Assembly (NCBI RefSeq): GCF_038025025.1
Contig: NW_027117345.1
Location: forward strand, 434,001-498,000
Source: Phyllosticta citribraziliensis
Taxonomy: Eukaryota
Direction: 5' to 3'
Length of the DNA: 64,000 nucleotides
Position 1 is the stretch's first letter. Each line of letters begins with the position of its first letter. The notes beneath the pieces are model-generated. The model did not search any database and was not told the origin of the DNA. It saw only the letters and a list, made by a program, of their open reading frames with translations. This document shows positions 48,946-59,169 of this stretch, piece after piece. Both the position numbers and the translations under genes were made by a program.

Positions 48946-49520
48946 GATCTCGGGAGTACTTGGAGTGAAGTCACGATGGTGCTGTCGGCTTGGGATTAGC
49001 ACTTGCAGCAAGGCGATTGGTTGTGAGGCGCAGTGGTCAGCGGACGGACGAACCGAATGTGGGAGCCGGAGAAGGGATGGGGCCTCTGGGCGGGCAAAGT
49101 CGGGAAGCGGGCCTGGAGGAGACGAAAAATAGTCGGCTCGAAGGAATGGTGAGCTGGGGGACGAGTGTGGGGGAGGTGCAGCAGGCGAGCAGTGGGGACT
49201 CACAGGTGCGATAGGCGAGCGACGGGCGAGGCTTTTGAGCGGGCTGGTGGCTAGCGTCTGGGTTGTGTTTTGATGGTCTCGAGTGAGGATGGAGTCGCGA
49301 AGCGTACATGTAGCAAGGCGGGCTCTGGCGTATCCCTGGAGCTGTTCACAGTAGAGTGTGGCCGGCTTGGGGCTAGCTGGAGACCCCAGCACACGTGAAA
49401 CGCAATTGCTGAGGGTTTGTCTGGGCCTTGCCAGTGACGTCGCAGCGTCGACCTTCAGCCGGAACATCCCTGGGCTGTGGACAGGAATAATGCCTCAGCC
49501 TGGAAGTATCCTTTGACGAC

Positions 49521-49543
49521 CCGATTCCCTCCGCGACTTTCCG
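49521..49543. promoter_or_regulatory. Two overlapping CCG-N7-CCG sites (AcuK/AcuM-type gluconeogenic element) upstream of PCK1
   Basis: CCGATTCCCTCCGCGACTTTCCG about 580 bp upstream of the PCK1 ATG. Confidence 0.7.
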
Positions 49544-50553
49544 AAGGATGATGCAGAATGAATGTAAGCGGCCGACGGGACTGCGATGCATGAGAGACAC
49601 GGTGCAGGAGAGCAGAGCAAACAGAAGCCAGCCGGAGAGCCTCAGCTGTCGACCTCGTCCGCCGACGCACGCGACCACCGGCAGAGTGCGCCCCAATAGC
49701 AGGGCAGCAATTTCAGAGAACCGAAGTCCAGAGTCCACCGTCGAGAGTCTAGAGCTTGTTCCTTCCCGCGCGCGGCCAGAGACCGAGGGGACCCACTCAC
49801 CACTTCCGGTTCCTACCTTTCCCCACGCCCCGCGTAGTAGCCCCAGCCGCTAACCGCTTCCGGCTGCGGGGCAGTCCGTGACGTCGGCTGTCGTCGGACA
49901 TTCCAACACCATCGCAGCTCAAACCTCACTGTCAGCGCCAATCCACCTCCCCAAGCCGCCAAGCCAACTCACTCTTTGATTCCTCTCCCCTGGAATCATC
50001 TCGCCAAGCTGAAGGCCATGGCGCTCATCTTGACCTCCCGCGTGGCGGCCACCAACCCCATTCACACACCTCCAGCTGCGCCTCAACTGCTCACATGCCC
50101 CTTCAGCCTCACCGGTGCCTGTGGCGCTTTTCCATAGCACAGTAGCTGGATACCCCAGAATCCGAGAGCATTGAGCAGCCACTGCAGCCCAGCCGCGCTA
50201 TTCTTTGTCGTGCTGCCGAATTCCACGTAGTCATCTTAGCCAGGCACCAAATCCAAACGGGCGGATGGCGGGGTTCCGCCCACCACCCCCAGTCCTCCAA
50301 GGCGGTCAACACCCACGAGTGATTTACAACCTCACCGCAATGTCATGCAACTTCTCGCAATCCCATACCGCTCGGGTCCGTGCGCCTTACCCCTTAATAT
50401 TTCCCGTATGCAACCATTGTGAATGACCTCTCAATGTGACCACCTCTTCTCAAAGCCACTGTCCAACTCTACAATCCAACTTCACCACTATCATTTTGCA
50501 GAACCACACTCGTTCAACCACACTCCTTCAACCGCGCCCTCCACTCCCTCACC

Positions 50554-50946
50554 ATGGCCCCCCGCATGAAACAAACGCAAAGACAGCTCGTGGCCTCGCT
50601 CCTCTCGACCAACACGTCCGTCACGGAAATCGCAACAATCGTCAACTGCAACCCGCGCTCTGTCTACGGCATCAAGCGGTGGCTGCGCACCAAGCACACG
50701 CTCGCGCCCACGCCCGACGAGAAGCCCGGCCCCGCGCGCACCCTGTCGCCCCGCGTCATGGGCGCCCTGCTCGTCCACCTCGCCGACTACCCCAATCTCA
50801 TTGTCCGCGACATGTGCGCCTGGATCCTCGACGAGTTTGATATCGACGTGTCCGTCTCGACTGTGCACCGCAGCCTCAAGACCGTCGGGTGGGATAAGCA
50901 TGCTGCGCAGCGCGCGGCTGAGGAGAGGCGGCTGGCTGGATACTAG
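50554..50946 (+). CDS. Tc1/mariner-IS630-type transposase N-terminal bipartite HTH domain without catalytic DDE domain
   Basis: SVTEIATIVNCNPRSVYGIKR (HTH1), PGPARTL linker, WILDEFDIDVSVSTVHRSLKTVGW (HTH2); stops 17 codons after GW; no TIRs seen. Confidence 0.75.
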   Translation: MAPRMKQTQRQLVASLLSTNTSVTEIATIVNCNPRSVYGIKRWLRTKHTLAPTPDEKPGPARTLSPRVMGALLVHLADYPNLIVRDMCAWILDEFDIDVSVSTVHRSLKTVGWDKHAAQRAAEERRLAGY

Positions 50947-51676
50947 TGGGCATGGCATCGCGAGTTTCTTTTGTTGTTTCTAGCATTTAGCGTTGTTCTT
51001 AATCCTCTGCTTCCTTTTCGTTCAATCTTTCAACGATATCCACAATGCTAGCCGTCCATCTCAAACAGCAGATGTAAAGCTTCAACAATTAACAACTTCA
51101 ATACACCATGTCAAATCACTTTCAATCCAGATCTCTGGAACTGCCCTACCTCTACCACAACCCCCTACCCACACCCACCACCAAGCTCCGCCTTCCCTCC
51201 CCACTACCGCCAAGTCCCCCCAACCCACGCCACATCCCTCCCGCTCCCGCATGTTTTAAACTCTGCCGCCTCGTTTCGCAGCGCCGCCGAACAAGCTTTG
51301 CCTTTCCGCTCGCCACACCATATGGAGACGTGTACCTGAAACACAACGCACGTTAGACAGGGCAAGACAAGACCAGGACTGTGGCACTGTCATTTGGCTG
51401 CCCGTATCGGAACTTGTCACTTGATGAAAGGAAGCGCACGCTTATTGAGTTGGGTGGCTCGTGATGGATGCGGGAGCGGGCGATAGGGGCACCGGGCATC
51501 GCGAGACAGAAGAAGCCAATCGCTCTCTTGTTCGTGCGGTGGGGAATCAATGGTGGAATAGATACACAGCGCATTCAACGCGCGAGGGCAAACGCCAGAG
51601 CAAACCAAACGCCCAAAACCCTCCTGCCTCTCACCTCCTCATCCATTACCACTGCAACAACTCCATTACCCCCTCA

Positions 51677-54600
51677 TCATCTTACATCCCTCCTCCTCCG
51701 TCCTGCAGTCATCCTTCTTCTCGCTCCCCTGTCCTTCATGTTGCGCCACCCCTGCACGTACAGCCACGTGCAGAAGAATGTTAGGACGACGTTGAACAGG
51801 ATGAAGATCCAGAAGACGCCATAGGAGCGCCAGAGGTGCGCGTGGTGGATGTTGAATGTGGCGGCCTGGGGGTTGGTTCGATGTGTTAGTCGTGAAGTGA
51901 CAGAGATTAAGAGAGAAGAGATAATAAGGGAAGGATAAGGGGGGAGACAAGGGGGGACAAGGGGAAGGGGTTGGTGTTGGTGTCGGTGTTGGTTGGGAGG
52001 TAGTTTTCGCGCAACGGCGCCGGACCAGCGCAGGCGACAGCCAAACAAACAGATGGACGGTCAGACGGACAAGTGGATAGAGCAGACAGGCGGCACTCTT
52101 TCCTGGCCACGCCATGCCATGCCATGCCGAGGAGCACACCCGCGCCTCCGTCGCTCGCTCGCTCGTCCAGCCCATCCACCCGGCTAAGCTCACATCCCCC
52201 CTGCCGTCCTGCGTACCGGCACCGGCAAACGCGTGCAACAGCTGCTCCCCCCATCCGATCCGACACGAGCCCTATCACAAACGCCACCACCGCAGTGCGC
52301 CCGGTCCGCAACACTCGATAGGTATCGTCAGGCAGGTATGTAGGTCGTCGCGACGCCATCCCGAGTGGACGGAGCACACGCGAGCACGACGCACCCGGCC
52401 CGTCCCGATGCCTGCGTGCCCTGCTCGTCGCTTGCGCCCCAGTAGTCCCCGGCAAACCCACCCCACCCCCACGGCCCACTGCGCCCTCCACCCTTCACCC
52501 TTCGCCCCCCCCTTTTTCTCGTCGAGCGTGGCTTGCTGCGCCCGCTGCCATACATGCAACGACGTCCTTTTCGGGGCGGCGCGCCGCACTGGCCACAGGG
52601 GCTTGTCCAAGCCCCGGACTTGGTCGCGCCTCGGGCAGATGGGAGCGAGCAGATTGGGCGCAGGACGAGGGCGAAGGGAGAAGGAGTGACGGGAGAAGTA
52701 GGTTGGATGAGACGGCTAAGTGCAGACTCAGACGAATCGAGCGAGGCCATAAAGCCAACGGCGGGGAAACGGGTGCACATAATCGCAAAAGAAAACGAGG
52801 ACTCCATGTGTATGGGGTAGGCAAAAGAAAACACAGGATAGGTAGGTAGGTATACGTACAAATTCAGTTCCGTTTTTGAAGCGGCAGTACCCGCAGCTGC
52901 CGTCATTGTTGGTCTGCACGTATCCGCTCCCGACGGCCGCGACGTAGGGGTCGGCGTAGCCGGCGCACGACTGGCCCGGCGGCGGCGTGAAGACGGCGAG
53001 TTCCTGCTCGTCGCAGCGGACGGGCACGTCGTGCGTGACGAGCGCGACGAGCGGCTCGACGAGGTACGTGAACGGCGAGAGCCCTATCGTGTTCGTTAGC
53101 CACACACAACCACTTCGACGCTCAACTCGCGAGACCAGCGACGCATCGACATACAGTACATCCAGCTCTTCCAGAAGCCGGTCAGACTGGCATACGGCAC
53201 CACGATGCCGCAGAAACTGATGACGAAGAGGAAGAAGATGGGCACGAGCAGCGACGCCATCAGCTCGTTGGGCGAAAAGGCCGCGACGGCCTGCCCGAAG
53301 CTGAGGTAGTAGAGCTCAAACGCCGCGACCATGAGCCAGGCGCTGGCGGCCGAGAGGCTGTCGCGCGGGAAGCCTGGCGCAAAGTACCAGCACGCCCAGT
53401 ACAGCGTGCCCGCGACGAGGCGGTAGGGAATCTCCGAGACCATGGCTGCCGTAGTGAAGGCGGCCCACGAGTACATTTTCGACTTGGACTCGCGCGAAAG
53501 GAAGAGGGCGCGCATGTTGAGGTAACGGGGCTGCAGTTGTTGGATTAGTGGAGGCGAGATGGCGAGGACCATGAAGACTGAAAAGAGCCGTGATTGCATG
53601 TCGATTGGACTGGACCCCAAGCTCCAAAAGGTGAAGCCGTTGAAGAGACCGGTGAAGATGTGGAGTATCTGAAAAATGTCAGTGTGAGTTGTGATACTTT
53701 TCGTGCGCGTTGTGATGACTGACCATCATGCCCATGACATAGTCGGGACTTCTCCACAGCGCCACAGAGGTCCTTTGCAGCAGTGCGCTGACCTGGTAAG
53801 ACAGTGGCATCGAATGCTCACCGCCATCACTGGCGATTCCAGCGTAGCTTTCTGTCCTCCTCGTCGTGGTGATTTCTTGAATCTCACGCGCCAGCTTCTG
53901 ACTCTCAGGAGAGTGACTCCACACGTCACCCCAATCCTGCTCTTCACGGGCCCCAGATCCAACGACTTCGAGCATGTACTCGGCCGGGTTCATCTCCGGC
54001 GGGCATCTCTGCGCTCCGTTCCGCTCAAAATAGTCAATCATCGTCCTGCTGTCACGACCAAGCTCGCCAAAGTAGATGGTGCGTCCCCCCGGTTTTAGCA
54101 GCAGGAGCCGATCAAAGTGCTGGAAAAGAACCGAGCTGGGGGCGTGGATGGTGAGCAGAATGGCTTGCCCCGAATCTGCCAACTTTCGCAGTAGCCGTAT
54201 AATGTTGAAGGCGGCGCCGCTGTCCAGTCCAGAGGTGGGCTCGTCGAGAAATATCAACAGCTCCGGTTTACTGGCCAGCTCCACTCCTATCGTGAGACTC
54301 TTTCGCTGCTCTTGGTTGAGGCCGGCAGCCGTTGTTCCGACGATTGCTCCGGCAAGTGGGCGCATCTCTAGCAGGTCAATCACTCTCTCTACGTGGTCGT
54401 GTTTCTCCTCTATCGAGACCTCTCTAGGCTGTCTCAACTCGGCGGAGAACCGCAAGGCCTCGCGGACAGTCGCGGTGGACTCGTGAATATCCATTTGCTC
54501 AGCAAATCCAGTGCTCCTTTGGAACGAATCAGGAAGCGGCTTCCCATCGACGAGTATGTCTCCTGCGACTGTCCCGACATTGGCTCTTTGTGACAAAGTG

Positions 54601-57536
54601 TTGAGCAAAGTCGTTTTTCCGGCACCACTGACGCCCATCAAAGCGGTCAACTCCCCTGGCTTGACGTAGCCCTGTACGTTCTGCAGCAGCCAACGTGCCC
54701 CTTGCTGGTACGAAATTGTACAGCTGACATTTTGCCACGTGAGGATTGGCCTGTGAGTGGGGACACTCGTGGATGCGCGAGTGGAATTTGTCCTGGAGTT
54801 TAAGAGATACACCGGGTCGAGAGGAGTGGGAGGTCTCAGGCTTGCCTCTTCTTCTTGGAGCGTGGTTGGCTTCTCCGTTCTTTGATCGATCGTCTCTGGA
54901 GCCTCTCCCCTCTTGTAGACCGTCACAGAACGGCCCCCTCTGTTGGGCTTCAGCAGTTCCATGCACGTTGCGTTGACGACTACAAGAATCACAAAGAACG
55001 CGCAAATAATGCCGAGATTCTTCCATAGATGTGAGTGAAAGTAGTCGAATGCAACAGCGACATAGTCCGCGCCCGCCACGCTTGTTTGCCCTCGAACGCT
55101 CCCTTCCAGCACACAGGTCTGGTACTGCGGTTCTACGTTTGGTACGCCGGACGGCACTAGGTATGGCGGCTCGCAGGCGATGTCGAGATTGTAGAATTCG
55201 TTGGCCATAAGCGATTCGAACCCGTACTGTATGGGGTTGAGCCAGCAGATCCAGCTGAACCAACGATGCATCTTTCGCGGAGGAATCAGGTAGCCGGTAT
55301 AGACAACGACTGCCTGCACCACGACCCCAGTAAATCGGGTGGCACCATCCAACGAGCTGGAGAAGGAACTGATGGTGCGGAACAAAGCAAAAGTTGTCAT
55401 GGTTGACATGAAGAGGAAAAGCAAAGAGATGAAGAATTGGGGCACGGTCCTCTGCAAGTTGCTCATGAAGTAAACAGGCGTAGAAAATAGCACGACTTGT
55501 AGGAAAACGAGGGGAACATCGCAAACCGTCTGAGCGATGGCATACGCACTGGGGCGATAAAATGAAAAGCTTTTATGCTTCAAAAGGATCTGCCGACCGT
55601 CAAAAGCGGCTGTGATCTCCGCCAGTGCAAGCAGCGCGTTGAAGAGAAGCATGAAGAACATGACTCCTCCCCTGGTGAACACGCCGGAAGCAGTCTGGGG
55701 CAGGTTGTAAAAGAGACTTCCAACAACAAGAGATTGGCAGATGATACCCAGAAACTTCGCCGCCAGTGATGGCATGTCCCCTGCCATTATAAGGAATTGG
55801 CGTTTGGTACAAGCCACAACTTGCCTCGGAAAAGACATCGTGTAATTCGTCTTGGGAGCATTCGTCTGCGACGCATGTGAATCGGAAGCGTGCAGCTCGA
55901 GATCAAATTTGAACTTTTCAATCTCTTTCAAGTTTTCCTGATGTGTCTCGCTGTCCTTGAAGGCCTTTTCAAACTGTTCCGGTGTCCTTGGTACCAGGTC
56001 TTCCCAGCCTTTCCAAGCCTGTCGCTCTTTCTCGTTCGACAAAGAAGTAAGGAAATCAGCAGTCGTCCAGCGGGCCTGTTTCACGAACCCAAGCGACTGG
56101 AAATACTTGGCTACTTTCTGAGCTGGACCAAAGTAATAGCACTTGCCCTTGTCAATGACCAGAACCTTGTCGAAGATTTGGTAGAGACTTTCTCCTGCTT
56201 GGTTCAAGGCGACGCACGTGGAGATCCCGGTCATGGTGGTGAGCGATCGCAAACTTTGGACGTACTCGAGGGCAGTCGAAGCATCCAGACCTCTTGTACT
56301 GTTATCCCAGCACTGAAAAGAAGCTTTGGTGACCAAGGCCTCAGCTATGCTCACGCGCTTCTTCTCACCGCCGGAAATCCCACGTACAAACTCGTTCCCG
56401 ACTTTTGTTTCCATGATCTGTTCCAGTTTGAAAATCTTGCTAAGAACTCGCAGGAATTCGTCCGTGTAATCTGACTGCGATTCGCCTGGAAGGAGTGACT
56501 CTTTGCCTGGCGTTCTCGTACTGATTGCAAACTTCAATGTGTCCCGGACTTTTAGCGTGGCATAGTGCTCGTCCTCCTCAGGACTGTAGAGGAATTCATT
56601 GCGATGATTGTAGTGCATTCGCTCTGCGGGCGTTCCCCCGAAAGTCACCTCGCCCTTGAAGCATTCAGAGCCACGCATCTGGTTGCCAATCACCTTCAAA
56701 AATGTTGAACAACCAGCACCGGGCCTGCCAAGCACTAAGCACATCTCTCCTGGCAAGACACAGCCCGTGAAGTCGTCGACGATTGGTGGTGTCAAGGCTG
56801 TATGTTGAGCAGTTTTGGTTGCCGTGTTTCCAATGGATCGCGGGATTGCCAGGAAGATGTCTGCGACTGTAGGCTGCAGCGCGATGTTGACTCCACATCC
56901 GTCGACCGTAAGGTTCTGGAAAACAAGGCCAAGATGCCGCATCTTTTCTTCTTTGGAGCATTCCTGGCGCGTTTTTCCAAAAAGGCGGGACAGAAGTCGA
57001 TCTAGTCCTTCTTGCTCTTTTGTGTTTTCATTCCCCGATTGAGTTGAAAAGGACGCCTGGGAAGTGCTATAACGAGACGAAAGACTGGGTGGGCGGTTCT
57101 GGAGGTGTTTGAAAGGCTCGTCTTCTCCGGCTGCTTTTTGGTGGTAGAGCACTTGTTTCAAGCCATCTTCGCCAACGATTCTCCCCGATGGCGATCTTGC
57201 GAGCGCCAGGTCAGAAGCGTAAGGTGTTTCAGAATACTTGACGTGCTTGAACGCTCCCGGACCCGAATCTAAGCATTCAGAGGAGGTCGAACCGGGAGAT
57301 TGAACCGAATTCCCTTTGGAGTTTTTCACAGCGTCGCGGGAATGACAGTCTGTGGTGACCTCCTCGGGTACCCGAATCGTCTCGCTTTCGCTCCAGATTC
57401 GGTCTGCTCGGATTGGCGAGGGCAAGTCGAGAGGACCCAGTTGAGCTTGTGAGGGAACATCTGATGGAGAACTTAGAGGCCAGTCTTCTGGCCACGCTTC
57501 TTCCGATGGACTTGGCCTTGTTCCTGCGTGATTCAT
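51677..57536 (-). CDS. Full-size PDR-family (ABCG) multidrug transporter
   Basis: NBD1 GRPGAGCST, ISGGEKKRVSIAE, CWDNSTRGLD; NBD2 GVSGAGKTT, LNQEQRKSLTIGVEL, FLDEPTSGLD; three introns in the TMD2 region, last one 51866..52859. Confidence 0.95.
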
Positions 57537-59169
57537 AATTTGGCAGGCGGGATCATTTGGTGGCAGGTCATTGGGAATCGCTCGTTAGACTTGAAGTAAA
57601 GAAGAGAAAGTACTTGGGCCCTGCAGAACCCAGCTTGCAGAAGATGGACTCAACGGTTGTTGCCAAAAGGAGAGAACAGTTGGAAGTCGTTGACATGAGG
57701 AGGAGCCGTCGGAACTTTAGCTGTTGGCAGTCTAGCGCTACTCCGGCTGGAAAACGTTCATTGGTTGCCAATCCAAAGAATCGGTCTGGGGCAGAGAACT
57801 CCGGAGCTGCCATCTGCACCAGCGGTTCCTTGTGAAGGCTTCTTCTGTGAGCGTGTTGGACTTGGGCAGCTGTGCTACGTTGCTAGAGATGTGCATGCAG
57901 CTAGTGGTTTTGTGGCTGACCTACGAGGAGCTGCCTGCTTCCACGATAAACTTTAGCAAGACACATTCTCAAGTTTTGTGCACCCTCTTCACTCGGTGTA
58001 TCATGATCCAACACCAGAAAGGGGAAGCGGTGTGGTCTCACTCTGCAGTGACCATCGTGTGAAGGGATTGACCCTGTACCTCGTTTTGTTGGAGCCCAAT
58101 CACCACAACTCCGTCAACCACCAAAACATACTTGATGTGTCTGTCAAGATGATCGTGTTGCACAGAGAGAGAGTCGATCCTACTGTTCAAGGCTGCTGGT
58201 AAACTCACTTACCAGAATGGTAAAGAGAACATTTGCGTCTGCTTTTCCGTGTCGAAAGATTCATCTGCTTGGTCGAATTCTGGGTGGTCATGGTGGATGA
58301 ATCTCCGCATTTGGCCAGACAGAATGCTCTCTGCGTTGGCAGCTGAGGTCGATTCGCTAAGAGCTTTGATGCTGAAAATGGTCCATCGCTCATCCCAGTC
58401 TGTAGCTACACCAGTATGATAGGAGGCTAGCTTCAAACAGTTCAGTGTCAGGAGAACGGCCGATGTGCTAGTTTCTTCACTTTCTAAACTTGTGGAGGTA
58501 GTCTCTGTTTCGAGCCCTTCAAGGTGGGCGTTCTTGTTGTAAACAAACTTGAAATGGATGCCTCACCAGGCGTCGATGCTTTCATCGGCAAGGTGATGGT
58601 TGTTGGGGCATGGTGAATTTGCCTGGACGCAAGGATATATGCTGTTGAGATGACAGTCTGTGGAGAAGGCGGTGGGGGAGGTTGGCACCACGTCCACGAT
58701 CGCCATGCAGGCTGGAGGTTGCGATACGACGGGAAAGAAGTGCAAATTTCTGGCAGGTATTCCTACACAGCGGTTGTTCAAGCCAGAAAAGCACTGGTGG
58801 TCGAGTCGCGGGCCGCATGGCAGCGGAGATGATAATGGAGGTGCGGATTGATGCTCGTGTTCCATTTGGATTCCTCTTGGCGAGACTGCCACATTGCGAC
58901 TGGACGGCCAGTAGAAGGCAGGCGTGAATGAAGAGCGAGAAGAAGAAAGCCCGGCCACGTCTGGGTGGTGATATTGATGTTGTAGCGAGGTCAGGTCGTG
59001 TACCGGTAGCGAGCGACGGGAAGGAAGCGACGGCCGGAGGTGGTTCGGCGGTGCGTCATGCCGCCGCCTTCAGTCCAGGTCCCGCCCTCCAACCTGCCCA
59101 GGCGCAGAAGGCCCATGCTTCGACAAATTCCACCCGCAACACATTCATCCTTCTCATCTACCGCGCGCC

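Noticed and set aside
52440..52600. RNase MRP-like P4 halves (AGTCCCCGG...ACAGGGGCTT) on the + strand
   Set aside because: The first motif lacks GAAAG, no GARAR loop follows, and GGGGCTTG is explained by a local hairpin; left for an Rfam search
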